A stretch of DNA of 64,000 nucleotides, from contig OX597814.1 in the NCBI GenBank assembly GCA_951406725.2, positions 127,224,001 through 127,288,000 on the forward strand, in the 5' to 3' direction. Both the position numbers and the translations under genes were made by a program. Positions 1 through 14,149 of this stretch are shown one piece after another (position 1 is the first letter of the stretch; each line of letters begins with the position of its first letter). The notes below the pieces were generated by a model. It worked only from the letters and a program-made list of their open reading frames with translations. It did no database searches and had not been told where the DNA came from. Origin of the DNA: Octopus vulgaris. Lineage: Eukaryota.

Positions 1-1177
1 TCTCTGTTAGTCCTAGCAAAAATGGGGTGATCTAAAGTTGTTTAGTTAAGAACCCTACATGCTGGAGGCAAGAGTGGCTTTTCCAGAAGAAGGTTTGAAG
101 TAGAGGTGTAAAATATGAAGAATTAGCTAAATATTTTTATTGAGTATGTGAAAACATTGGGGCCCAACATCTATAGTGAACTTCCTGTAATACTCCACAT
201 ATCCTGTTGCAATTTTACATTAAATCTAACTGTGTGCATTTATTGAATGTCTGATACAAAAATAATCCAGCTAAAAGGTATTTATTGCAAGATCTCAAAT
301 GTAAATGCTTATATTTGTAAATCTAGTCAACCCATGTCAACTTAATGTAGATCAGGAAACAAATTCAATATGTTGGTTCCTAAAGTAAAATGATTAATTG
401 ATCAGTAAGTCTGGTGGAGATGTTGGCCAAATATTTTGGAATGGATAAGAAATTTGAAATGTTGTTGTGAGAAAAGTTAAAATATGTCATCTGAATATGA
501 TGAAATGGTATTCAACTGGGTTATAGGAATCCCCCAAGAAGTCGAAGAGATTACTTTGCAGTTATGTGGTTCTAAGTTCAATTTCACAGGATGGAACCTT
601 GGCCGAGTATTTTCTACCATAGACTTGAGTTCACCAAAACAGTGCATAACTTACACACACACACATATATGTATATATAATATTTACCATGGAAATACAC
701 TGAATGCATATCTACCGTGAATATCGCTTTTTTCCTTGACAAAGGAGCCATTCTCTGAAAATGGATTTCAAGATTAATTTTTTACCTGGGAAATTGAACC
801 CAAAAAACGGCCATTGGAATATTATCATCTACAATTGTAACTTGAAACCTTATTAGATGCTTATTATTAACTTTTCAAATCTTTTAAAAAATGTTATCTA
901 TATTCTTATCTTTTACTATATTATCACTCTGTTTTTACATTCATATTTATATATCTATATATATTTTTGATATTCCTATATTTTTCTATGTTTGATATAT
1001 TAATATATGTTTTAATTTTAGATGAATTTTATCTTGATCAAATCTGCACACATGTTGAAAGAGGTTTGCCTAATCTGAACTTTCTCCTTTTATTTTTTAT
1101 ACTTGCCTAACGTCTCAGGTTTGACTTCAGCGCTTTTCTGCAATCTATATATTTCGTAAGAAAAATATATAAGGACA

Positions 1178-1319
1178 TGGCATTAGGAAGGGCATCCAGC
1201 TGTAGAAACTCTGCCAAATCAAGATTGGAGCCTGGTGCAGCCATCTGGTTCGCCAGCTCTCAGTCAAATCGTCCAACCCATACTAGCATGGAAAGCGGAT
1301 GTTAAACGATGATGATGAT
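1178..1319 (+). mobile_element. 5'-truncated SINE/RTE-type 3' tail (family A) ending in (GAT)n
   Basis: tggcattaggaagggcatccagctgtagaaac...agcatggaaagcggatgttaaacgatgatgatgat; the same sequence recurs at 21535, 33171, 42236 and 55514. Confidence 0.85.
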
Positions 1320-1324
1320 ATATG

Positions 1325-1436
1325 TTGGACCTCAACGGAGGCAAAGTGGCTGAGTTCTTTTTGGGCATTGAGCCCTACAGAGGTAAAGTGGCTGAGATCC
1401 TTTCAAGCATTGGGCCTCATGGAGGCAAAGTGGCTG
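1325..1436 (+). repeat. About 2.5 copies of a ~42-bp tandem unit (ggaggcaaagtggctgag...)
   Basis: The gaggYaaagtggctg core recurs at about 1338, 1380 and 1422. Confidence 0.7.
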
Positions 1437-2379
1437 GCATGTAAATGCACCCCGGTGTCACGCAAATGGCATCAGCCGTAGAAAATCAGAAGCCCATCGT
1501 GTGTGTTTATTTTACTGTCTCCTTGCCTTGCCATTGTGTGATAAGTTAGCATCACTGTCATGCATATTATATCCTTCATTTCCAATCTCGTGTCTGGCTA
1601 TGGGAAAATATAACATTACTTGGAAATAGCTGAGTGTTTGCAACACAAAGGGCATCTGGCTGTAGAAACAAATTCTGCCTGACCCACGCAAGCATAGAAA
1701 AGTGGACGTTAAAACAATGACGGTGACAAAGTTGAGTATATTATTTTTCTTTTACGTGTTTCATCCTTGAGACTGTGGCCATGCTGGAGCACTGCCAGTA
1801 TTAGTGTAGGATAAACATATACATATAGTGTAGGAGGAAACACAATACTTGTCAGTATTTAGATCCAACAGAGTTATGTCTCTTTTTGCCAAGATCATCT
1901 TGTCTCCTTCAAGATTGATTAAGCACCTGGTAAGATATTGTGGGTAGTAATTTATTAAAACCCTTGAAAGCAATTTTTCAGTCCAATGTCAAAACCTTTA
2001 CAGAAGTAACTCACCACACAGAATTACATTGAATTCATCATTTCTTTAATGTCAATTTATAAACCTTATTTGATGAAAGGATAAAGAATATTTAGTATTT
2101 TCATAAATTTTGGCATCACAATCATCATTATCATTTAACATCCACTTTTCTCTGCTTGCATGGGTCAGATAATTTGTTGAGATAGATTTTCAATGGCCAT
2201 ATGCCTGTCCTGCTACCAAGCAAGACAATATTTTCCCATGGTCAAATATGCTTTTTATGGAAGTTAGGAAATGAACAATGTTACTTCTATGATGACAATG
2301 TTCATTTACTATTATTGTGATGTCTAGATAAGGGTACACACAAATACATGATGGACGTTGTTTCTGCCAACCAAGATCA

Positions 2380-2487
2380 ATTCAAAGCTATAGTAGAAAA
2401 TACTTGCCCAAGGTGCCATGCAGTGAAACTGAGCCCATGACCACATGGTTGGGAAGCAAGCTTCTAACCTATAGTCATAGCTGCACC
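2380..2487 (-). mobile_element. Degenerate tRNA-derived SINE head (family C)
   Basis: gctatagtagaaaatacttgcccaaggtgccatgcagtg...aagcaagcttctaacc; related copies near 45600 (+), 49765 (+), 53195 (-), 55710 (-) and 56200 (-). Confidence 0.65.
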
Positions 2488-2874
2488 AATTATGTGTTAA
2501 ATATTTGACATTAATAAATGTTGATTCTTTAGAGAAAGACATATAGTAAACTGGAGATGATCTCAGTTATCAGTTTTACAGTGACAAATATTCTATTGTC
2601 ACTTATACTTCTCAAGTTTAGCTGGCACTACATATTTAAATAGTGGTTTCAAATTTTGTCACAAGGCCAGCAATTTCAGGGGTAGGGTAGATCAATTAAA
2701 TTGACCCGTGCTCAACTGGTATTTATTTTACTGACTCTGAAAAGATGAAAGGCAATTCTGCTCACTGCCTTCAAAATATTAACAATCAGCTATTAAAGAC
2801 AAAATTGTAGAGTAGTGCAAAGGTTGGACAGTGTATTAGTCAAGGGATGTTTAGACTTTTGGAATCATAATTTT

Positions 2875-3156
2875 TTATTTTTTACACTAGCAGGGGTTGG
2901 GTGCACAGTGTCTCAATATTTTTTTTATCTCCTTTGTGAAGTTGTTTTCACCATATGTTCTCTTCCACGTAGAATACTTGACACTTCTTCACCCAATTGT
3001 CATCCTTCAAAGCACCATATATCTGTGTCAGTTCCAGTTTCTTCAGCTGCACCTCATGGTTGATTTCTTGAATACCCATTCTTTTACCCTCTCAGATCAC
3101 CCAAGCTCTGTAAATCATACACACTGATATTGCACATCTGACAGAGCATGCTGTTT
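2875..3156 (-). mobile_element. RTE-clade LINE 3' ORF remnant
   Basis: Minus-strand pieces SMLCQMCNISVYDLQS...LR and DDNWVKKC resemble the RTE ORF C-terminus; broken by frameshifts. Confidence 0.45.
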
Positions 3157-3435
3157 GGGCTGATGTAATGCTATTAGTTTGTTTCAAGGGCAGAAAGTTA
3201 GACTTGCTTGAATAAGTTTTGTTAATAAAACATAGAAATTATCTTTCATCTCAACTTATGTTATGTTATAGAAATTTTTATAAAGCAAAATGAACAGCTG
3301 AACAAGATGATTTATCAACTAAAGAGGGCAGAGTTCATATCAAATTAGTGCTGCCATATTCTATACAAGACACAAAAGTTCATCTACTTCACTTTCCTGA
3401 AAAGAACAACTGCACAATGATGAAGTGGTCAGCTG

Positions 3436-3735
3436 GAGATTGACCAGATTTCAGGATTTACAGTGGGATACTGACCAGTAGTTTGATAGCCTATGGTGGA
3501 CACTGACCAATTGTCTAATGGTCAATAATTTGGTATACAGTAGACACTGGTCAATGGTTTGATAGTTTACAATGGAGACTGACAAATAGTTTGATGGTCT
3601 TTAGTAGAGACTACTCAATAGTTTGATAGTTAGCAGCAGAGATTGTACAATTGTTTGATGGTCCACAATGGAGGCTGACCAACAGTCTAATGGTCTACAG
3701 CAGAGACTGACTAATGGTTTAAATGTCTAAAGTAG
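3436..3735 (+). repeat. Degenerate ~32-bp minisatellite, about 9 copies
   Basis: Consensus approximately GACTGACCAATAGTTTGATGGTCTACAGTAGA repeated head to tail. Confidence 0.8.
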
Positions 3736-4739
3736 AAAAGTCAAGTCTTCTGCATTTATGAGAATAGAACTTTGAAATTATTGGATATTAAAATAATGAA
3801 ATGTGGATTACAGAACTATGAGAGCATCAGACAAAATGCCTGTGGCATTTAGTTAAAGTTGATTTACATTCAAATTCTGCCAAGGTCAACTTTGTCATTC
3901 AGTCTTCTCAGTTATAAATAAATAAAGCTTTGCACTGGGTTCAGTTTAACAGTCCTATAAAGCACCCTAGATATGAATGGAATGAAATTAGAACAGAGAA
4001 ACAGTTCATAACAGGATTATCAAACCAGTTGGCAGGAATGGGACATCACCTTGAAGATTGTATGTTCTAAAATAGGCTGTATGTTGTATAAAGGAACATG
4101 TCACCATTTTATGAAAAGGATGACTTTCTTATGCTTTTAGAATATTATCATAATAATTTTGGTGCTGAATGTTTCAGTTCATCTCTCCTATTACTAGATG
4201 CCAAACTGGTGCTAATTACAGCTCAAAACTATTCAGTAATACTATGTTTTAAACAAGAACCTGTACCTATTCAGATTTATCAGTTCTCCTTTTACATTTG
4301 CCTTACTATATCATAACAAATGTTTGGTGTAAAGTAATCACAGCTATTCACAAACCTTTCCTGAAAACTTCTTAAATTTTATTATCCTCTCATTTATATT
4401 TCCATTGTATACTGCTCTTAACATGGAGTTTATAATATTTCTATGGAGTTAAGGTGCAACTCAGTGTCAAAGAGACACTGTCTAAGATACATAATCTCAG
4501 TGTGATGCTGACAACACCAAGATATGAATGGCAATAACAAAAGCAACAGCAGGTTTGAAAATAGTACAAGTTTCAGCTTTTCTCATCAAATATATTTGTT
4601 ACAGTGGTGTTAGGGTTAAGATGTGTGAAAGTGGACTGGATGTGAGTCAAAACCTGACATCTTCATTGCCATATTAAACTGAACTCATAAGTTTTATGTA
4701 AAAATCTAAGGAAATCAAAACAAGAAATTATGATAATAA

Positions 4740-7700
4740 TAATAATATTTGTCTTTTTATTCAAGAGGAAGATTTCACTGAAGATGATCAGAATAAATAT
4801 CTCAAGATTATACTTACAAATACTTAAAAACAAATTAAAAAAAAAAATATATATGGTTTAATCTGACAAAAGTTTTAAGGAAAAAAATGTAAAAGTATGT
4901 AAAAAATCCTACCCAGCTTATAGTATATTGGTCATATTTGAGAGATCAGTGCTTGAAATTCCCAGCATGGTGTTTTGTTTAGCTAGCTGCAAGACTTTAA
5001 TAAATCTCTCACCTAAACTAAATTGTAAAACTAACAGAACCAAACAGGACAGTTTACCCTGCCAATCTCAAGCAAGACAGGTTTAATCAACAACAAAATG
5101 CCAGCAAATTTGGGATGCCCACTCTTACATCATATAGCTGATATTTAGTTTGCTACACTCTGCAAAACACCATGGTTGTGACGCAGAAAGGCTCAGCAGA
5201 AAATTAGTATTTTTTTTTTTAAATATAAAATATAAGAAAAAAAAAAGTAAACACATTGTTAATAAGTATTGAAAAAGCTAGAGTAATTTGATAATAAAAT
5301 TTAGTTATGTGAAATTGCTTCTTCATAATATATCACACAGGCACACCACATATAGAGCTAATAGTACATTAACATTATTTTCAACATCACAAACAATTAA
5401 TATTTAAGATGTTCATAAAATATATTTATTCACAACTAAAATGTAAAAAGAAGTAACCCTGTTGACAAATCTTGAGAATATCAACAGTAACCACATTACT
5501 AATCACTGGTCATCTCAACTAAATGCTTTCATTCACAAGTGTGCAACAAATTTTGACAAAAAAAAAAAAAAGCCTTTTGTTTTTATTTAGCCATCTCAGA
5601 GAAAGTAAAAGCTTTATTCAAAAGAACTGCTAAACCCTCACACTTAAAAATCTTTTGAAAATAACGTTTTTTTTTTTTGTGTTCTTTTTCTGTTGATAAT
5701 TTAATGTAAAATAAAACCCAAGGAATTTACACCTATTAGCTTGTTTTTCTTATACAAATAGATGATTAAATTTAGTTAACCTGTCTTTCCCTAAACTAAA
5801 CAGTTAAAAATTCAGACATGGATAAGTTTAGATTTAGATGTTTTGTTAAATTACTTGTTACTTTCCACATTAAAAATTTAATAGTTTTTTTTTTTTTTAA
5901 TATGAAAATGGCTAAAACAAGAATTGGTTTTGAAACTGTCATTCTGTCAACAGTTTTCAGATATAAACCTCATTTGTCATGGAACGTTTAAAAGTCATCA
6001 TAAATAACATGTTTTATTTTTTTTAAAGAAAAGACAAAAATAAAGTAAGCAGCAATTTAGATGTTGATAAAATGCTAAATTTTTATTTCATTTTAATGTA
6101 AGAGGGAGAAGAAGACAAACAGTTGTAGATTTGTTTGGGCTGTATGCCAGCTCTGACTTACACAAGATCATCAGCTTTAGATTGTAGCCTACAACTATAT
6201 CGGACAGATTGACTGACTGCAGACTACACCTGACGTATAGAACATACTATTGTCCATGAGGAACTGTTAAAAGTATTAGATCAGTGGTAAAAGAAGCTTG
6301 CATGAGTTGTAGGGTTGTGAAAGGGTGATTACAAACAGCATTCAACTGATTGGTGGAGGAATGAAGAGATCATCGGGCACTGATCAGTCAATAATACTCA
6401 TGCAGCAGCAGTACTACAGTAAACTCACGGGAGACAGACAGAAACATTAAGCCAGACAACTGAAGGGTTTAAAGCAGTAGTATTATTACCGGCAGTAGTA
6501 GTAGTAGTAGTAGTAGTAATAAGTCACCAGACAGCTGTTATAGGGAGTGGATTTGTTAAGAGAAAGCAGAATTGTGAAAGTGTGTGTGTGTGTGTGTGTG
6601 TATGGGCAGGGGGGAGGAGGAAGAGGAGGTGGAAGAGGGATGCAACCAACCATTCTTCACAAACAGTAGCAATGAATAAACAAGTTCAAACATACAAAAC
6701 TAAAGGGGCAGTTCTCACAATGGTCTGATGTGAGAGAAAAGGTGTACTTTTAGAGAAATCAAAGAGAAAATAAAAGTTTGTGGCAGAAGTGTTTTACATC
6801 TCCATGTGTGTTTGTATGTGTGTGTTAGTGTTGTAAATACAGATTAGTTTTGCTCTTCCATTGTATTTCACCATATAATCATAATAGTAGTAATAATAAT
6901 AATAATTAAATAAATGGTGGCATGATATTGGCAAAATAGTTCTGGTTTGTAATATTTAAGTTAATTTTGGATTTTAATTTCATAAATAGTATATATTATT
7001 GAATATTTTTTCGCATTTTTCTAGACAACAATATGAAGCTACATAATGAACATTGTGACATATAAAACACTTAGTATAGCCCATATGTTTCATACAATTG
7101 TCTTTAATCATGAAACTGATACAGTGTAATGACATGACATGATTGCAGAGCTGGTAGCTCAGCATCTTTAAAGTCAGTGTCAATGCTGTTAGCACTGAAT
7201 ACATTCACCTCTCGTGCTGCTTCATAACAAAACAATAAAATACATCACAGATTTGTTCCCTGATTCAGACAGGTCTAGGAAATTCAAACTATGCAACTAC
7301 ATGAGAGGAAATCTGCAATCTGCTGCTCATGGAAACAAAATAGAAGTAATATAAATAAACAAAAACAATAAAATGTGTAAAATAAACAAAGAAAACAACA
7401 AGTAGAAAGACATGTTCAGCCACATGCACACAAGAGTGAAGTTAGAAAGAGATATAGAGTTGACAGAGATATAAATAGCTGAGCACAACATCGTTTTATC
7501 AACAACATTCAGCTAATAAGAACTAAATGTGAACAGAAATTATTCTGATGCTAAAATGCAGTTGAATGTTGTGGGTGAAATATTCACTGTATTGATTTGT
7601 GTTAGAATGTTAATTAGTTAAATAGAAGTAGTATGTTTGACCAGTAGTCAACATGTACAATTCAGAGCAGTATATGAACAAGAGAACATTGCCAAATCAG

Positions 7701-10700
7701 CAACTGTTATAAAGTTAACAATAAAATGTTTGCTTTTTTTTTTTTCTTAAATAATTCAATTTGTTTATTGGACTGGATTATAAAAGCAACAACTTTGAGA
7801 TAATGTTTTGCAGTTGTTAAAGATACAGTCCATGCTGTAATGGTTACGTAGTTTGGAAGTTTAGAATGACACATTTAGGTTGCATGAAGTTCTTTTTGTA
7901 TTTCTTTTTAGAAAAATCCCTTTTTTTTGTGTGTTAAATTATAAGAAAAATGACTATTTGAAAGCCTGACAGTATGCACATGAGAAAAATGTGGCTGTTG
8001 TGGTAACTCCAGCTTGTAGACTGAAATAATACAGAGCTACATAGAGTGCCAACCTGTGCAACATCTCCTATTGACACACTAGTGTTCACACTGTAAAAGA
8101 CACAGACACACTCCAGTGAGGACAAGAAAGCTGAAAATACACTGTTCACCACAGAAGAAAAACAATCAGAATAAATAGAGATTTTTAATTTTGTTTCCCA
8201 ATATATTTTTTCATAGAAAATTCTATATTGGTTTAATTATTTGAAAACAAAAAATAAATTATGAAAAAAAAAGGCATGTTCATTTTAGAACGTCTAACAG
8301 CACAACTATAACAACAACTATAATAATAATAATAATAATAATTTTCCTTATATTTTGTTAAATTATTGTCAGTGTGTGGAGGTTAATTAATGATAGTGGA
8401 ACTAGTTAGCCATAAAGAAATTAAGAGGAAAGATGTAGTTATGAAGTAGTTAATAAGGTCAGCTGCTGTACATCATATATAAAAAAAGTAACACATTTAC
8501 CCCATTCCAAGAAGACTAAAGCAGTACCCATCCTCTCCATCATCAACTACAAAATTATTTTCCATAACTAATTCTAAATATGCTAAATTCTATTCTTTTT
8601 TTTTTTTACATGAATTTTCTTCAAAACTAAAATAAAAAAGGAGAAAGAAGTTCCTTCAATATAATTGCACTTTAAGGATGTATCTGTGCTGAGTGTGGAA
8701 GTAATTTAGTATTTAACTTTATGTCTAAAATACGCAGTAATCTATTAGATAAAGCAACAAAGAGTAGTAAGAGAGGTTGGACCAACTGAAGTGAATATGT
8801 CTAATGTGAAGGTGAGCCCAAAATACCTAGTTGAAAATATATTAGGGACCAGAAGAATCTGGTAGTATGAACATAAGGACACTGACAATAATTATAATTG
8901 AAGATAATGTAAGTGGGATGGAAGAAGAGGTAAAATATGAGATGAATACAAAATATAATAGATAAAAAAATAGAGCTCAACAGCCAAGTGTTCAAAGTGA
9001 TAAATGATAATAGGGAGGGGAGAAAGACAAGTAGAGAATATCAGAAAATACTGATATGTCAAGAGAAATAGACCTAAGGAGTCGTAAGATGAAACCAGAA
9101 ATTTCACTGCCTAACTTATGAACATTTCAGTTCAAGTGAAATTATAGTTTTTCATTTGATGCAAATATTGTTTTAGTTGTTTGGTAAAAAGGTGTTACCA
9201 TGGCAGCAAGGATGCGCAGGATCTTTTGAAGATAGCAAAAAAAAAAAAAATGAATATGTTGAATAAACATTTAAAAGAAATATTTCATAAAAACAGCAGC
9301 CTTACTTTCTTCCACTGTACATTTAGAAACAACATCTAGAAGACAAAATCATCTGTTTTTGCATTAGTTTAAAGTGTGCATGAACGACAGCTCTGAGCAT
9401 GAGACTTAATCAAATCCAAGATCAAGTCAACTTTCACAAGGTATTTCATTCTTTTAAACTTTTCTCATAAAGTTAAAGAAATAATAGATACAAAGTTGTA
9501 AGTCATATGCATTAGGTATATAATTAACACCAAAACTCTCTAATTCATGCCATTGTATATATATTACAATTCTCTGAAAGATTTTGAAAAATAAACAAAT
9601 TCTCTTTCACATTGATAGGATAAATAGATCGACCACTGACAAACAGCATTAAATCTTATGTCAGCAATAACAACACTTATTTCAACAAAGCCACTCTTCA
9701 AACACATTAAATCATGTTCCATACACTTCTCATAGATCAAGTTCCTATGACTATTGGTTTCTGGTAAAGACTAACAGCAATGTCAAACGAAGAGACTGAT
9801 ACAACCTTAATATTGTCATGGTGAATGGTGAATATATGTGTATGTGTATGTTGCCACCATAAATAATTTTCTTGCAGGCATTTAATCATTATATATACAT
9901 ACATACATACATATATATGTTTATAGGTATATGTAAATATGTTTATATATATATATCCACACATATATACATACACACACACATGATGAAGAGTTTAAAA
10001 TCTACAGAAGAAAATAACATAATTAACAAGTATACTAAATTAATGAAACTATAAAATAACAAGATCCAACAAATAGCTGACACACACACTTGAAAAAAAG
10101 ATAATAAAAAAACTATTTAAAAGCATTTGTAAAACTTAGTTTATTACATAGGCAAAAACCCATCATGTCAACAGTACAGACACACTCTTGAACATGACAA
10201 TTTAACTTGATATAGATTAGTTTAACCAATAGATAATCTAACTGAAGTGCTGTCTTATAACGAGTTCTGCAACATCAAACTGCCCTGACCTGCTCTTGAT
10301 TGGAGGGGAGGGGGTGTTATTTGTCAGGTTAGAGACAAAAAATTTGGAATTTATCCACCCTAAATTATCTATGTTAGAAAGGTTGAGAAAAAGTCTATAA
10401 ATTCTGTCGTATGACCAAGATGAATGAAACAATGTCTAAATCCTGATTAGAAACCAAAGAATTCCCTGAAGGAAATTACTGACCAATGATAAGGCAGTCA
10501 TACCGAAATGGCACAGTTTTTAAAGAGTAACAAAAGAGAAAGAACAAATGATTGAAGTGACTAGAAAATTGTTAGCAAGTTTATGAAGATGATCATCAGG
10601 ATGACAGTGGTGGCGGTGGTGATGATGATGATAGTGTGGTAGTGGTGGTGGTGGTAATAATGATAATAATAACAATAATCATAATACTAAAGGATACTAT

Positions 10701-12510
10701 GAATACAGATGTAAGCTAAAGTCTGTTGGGTCCTTAGAAAACGTATTTGAACAGACTTTAGGATGTTAACGTTCCATTGCTAAAAAGTTATTTTATTTTA
10801 TGGAATATTTGAGTAGCGAGGAGGAGAAGGAGGAGTGTGGATGGTTGATAGTGTTTCGGAGCAACATCTAAATTACTGGGCACAATAGAGTATTGAGGAA
10901 GTTACAGCTGCTTCTGGTCATGTCTTCACTGATTAATGAAACACTGGTGGTCAGACAGCTTCGCTTGACCACACAGAAAACAAAGCATGTATAAGTATGG
11001 GTATGTGCATGTGTGTGTGAGTGTGTGTGGTGTGTGTGTGTGTGAGTGGTGTGTGTGTAAGTGTGTGTATGTGTGTACAATAGCAGTAGCAGATGCATCA
11101 GCATTAGAAAAGATAAAGTATTCCTACTGGCAACCGTGCATGTTAATAAAGACACTGAGATGTACTTTTAGCAAATGAAACAGCTATGGCAGTACCTGCA
11201 GACGAGTGCAGGTAGCATCAAACACAAATCATTTATCAATATAATGCAGAACTGACATTCCCACTGGACATTTTGCTAGCAACTCCAAAATAATAAAATA
11301 AAATAATATTAATAAAAAAATATTATTAATAATAACGATAATAATAAAATCATGAAAACAAAGAAAAGAAATTGATGAGCAAAGGGGTGGTTGGGGAAAG
11401 TGACACCCATTCCCCCAACCAGACCTTGTCATATTTGTGAAATAAATGATACCAAGTTGCTAAACTGACTGCAAGCAAAGCTGCAGGGTGGTAAATGATC
11501 AGCAACAACAAAGAGACACGATGGACACAGTATGGAGGAGGGGGAGAATTATAGCCACAGAGGGCAGTAGTTGTCTCCTTCTGCTTGGCAAATGGTAGAA
11601 ACCACTTGTTAAACAAACAGAAACATAACACTTCCCAGTGCTCAGTAAAGCTGTAAAAGTTTGAAAAAGACATTTTTTTTAATTGTTTTTCTCTTTAATA
11701 TTTTTTTGCCTTTTGTTTTTTTTTTTTAAATTTAAAACTACATCGACTACTTTTATTAATAATATTCAGGTTTGTTAGGTGAAATAAAAAAATGCACATA
11801 GCAATAAAGAATATTAGTTTTTGATTAGGAATTGTTATCTGACAAGAGCAGCTGCAAATCTGTAGCGAACAGTTGCTGGTTTTAGTTTCACAGATCACAG
11901 GATGATAATAGAGACACAGAGAGGGCGTATGATAAGCAAAGAAACCAATGAGAATAGAGTTAGCAGCAAAGAAGCAGATGTAATATTTTCTCATCCACAA
12001 ATGCTGACAACAGAGATCCAGCCTACAAATTATGAAAATGACCTACAAGAATAAGTTTCACCGTGCATGAAACAAATGCTAGAAAACAATTTTTCTGTCC
12101 TTTCAAGTTAAACATTCTTGTCTGATGAACTATCAGCATGTTTCACAGCAACATCTCTCATGACATTGCACACTCAACGAATGAATGCAATGTTGCTTTG
12201 CTATATATATATGTTTATGTGTGTATACATGTGTACTTGTGCGAGTGTGTGCAGACAGCTTCACACACACACACACGCACACGCACAAACATATAGACAT
12301 ACACTGTTTTGTTGTCAGTTTACTTTAGTACATGCCGTAGAATGAGCGGTTAAATCTGCCACATCACAAGAAAAGTGATGTGAAGGTAAAGTTGCACATG
12401 ACAAAGGACTCAGTAATGGATTACTGATTCCTTGTTGACTGTAAGAATAATGTGAAGGTCAGAAAAGTGTATGGACACCACACAGCCAAGGTCACTGACC
12501 AACAGACCAC
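4740..12510 (-). other. Putative long (~7.8 kb) 3'UTR of G(o) alpha
   Basis: Follows the stop codon. No recognisable SINE or transposon copies, unlike the flanks and introns; rich in A/T runs and short simple repeats. Minus-strand AATAAA at 4756-4761 is followed by T/GT-rich sequence. The boundary is inferred. Confidence 0.5.
4756..4761 (-). promoter_or_regulatory. Candidate distal polyadenylation signal AATAAA
   Basis: Plus-strand tttatt; downstream on minus reads ...tcataatttcttgttttgatt (U/GU-rich). Sits at the edge of the transposon-poor block. Confidence 0.4.
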
Positions 12511-12698
12511 TTAGTACAAGCCACACCCACGAAGATTGTTTGCAATGATTACATCTGTTACAGCATCAAACACAAACTGAATATTATTGGTATCTGTGGC
12601 ACATGTTTGATGACAGTAGATTTCCTTCGTTGCACTTTTGTTCTTAGCTTCAAACTGGGCCTGAATATATGCAGCAGCCTCTTCATACGTCTGTCTAC
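12511..12698 (-). CDS. GNAO1: G(o) alpha, exon 8 coding part (188 nt including TAA)
   Basis: tttatag|GT AGA CAG ... TTG TAC TAA. Translates (G)[61 protein letters not shown]. Has the G5 box TCAT and the Go C-terminus with the pertussis-toxin-site Cys at -4. Confidence 0.98.
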
Positions 12699-13733
12699 CT
12701 ATAAACGATAACAATAAGAAAAAGATAAGCAAACTGATTTCAAACTAATAATAGTAGTAGCAGAAGTAATAAAAACAATTACAACATCAATAAAGTCAAA
12801 AGAAATGTTTCATTCATTAAAATATCACACTTCTAAAGTTGGAGTTTTATGCCTTAAGGATCAAACATTAACTGTAAGACATGAGCTGTTTTTCCTTGGT
12901 ATTTGACATATCTAAACAAAACTCAAACAACTGAGGATATGTTATATTTATCGTTTAGAATTAATAAACAGATAATTTATCTAAAATGAAATATAATGGT
13001 ATAGAATCACAGCTGTGTGAATGTTTATTTAAATTTCCTTCCTTATGTACTTGATTATTTTTGACAAAAGACAAACAAAAAAACGTTTCATTAATGATAC
13101 AATCATGGTCTTGTAAGTCATTGCATGTAACTAGAGGGTGTTTAATATAAGGTTGCTCTGACTAAATTGTAGACTACAGACATCATTATTTGAACTATAC
13201 ACTTCTGCTACATTTTGGCACTACTAATCAACTGCTGAAAACTGCAATAATAAGACAAGTTAAAACAACTAATACCTAGCTTCACAATTACTATAGAGTA
13301 AGTTTCTAATTTCTAGCTTACACCAGGAAAAGAAAAGCTGTTGATACAGCTCATTATAAAAAAAAAACACATATCTTTATGAACAGCAAGAAAATATATC
13401 ATCTTCTGAGAAAAGTTTTGTCATTCTTAATAGTAGTAGTAGTAGTATGGGGACATGTGTTGCAACAGCATGTTATTGCATCCAACACTCAGGTAAGAAT
13501 CCTCCAATGCCTGGGTCTGGTTTGGTAGTTATTGCTGGTGAGAATTTTGCTAAGTCAGAGTGCAAATTCTACTTGACCACTTTTAGTCGCCTTTTATGAC
13601 ATGCAAAGAAGACGGGTTTATTCTTTGACATACTGGTCCCTACACACCACTAGAACAAAGTCAAATGAAGTGTTTTGCTCAAGAACACAACATGCTACAT
13701 GATTAGAGAATTGAACTCATGATCTGGTGATTA

Positions 13734-13964
<231 letters not shown>

Positions 13965-14149
13965 CTAAAAGAAAAAGTGTATCTTATTAGTTGATGTTAT
14001 AACAGAACTTCCCTAAGGGACAAGTCTGAGAGGACAAGTTACTTGGGATAATGCAAGAGTTACATACAATACTTTATGAGAATAAGGTCCAAACATATTT
14101 AATGTTAAAGAAGAATGCAAAAATACAACTGAAATGACAAATATTTCAT

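Noticed and set aside
480-1140. Possible Penelope-like terminal region
   Set aside because: Only a vague resemblance; no motif could be supported.
9737-12345. Short ORFs in the putative 3'UTR, and other 60-130 aa ORFs in the track
   Set aside because: Most are low-complexity translations of microsatellites or AT-rich DNA, or off-frame reads of transposons, with no recognisable domains.
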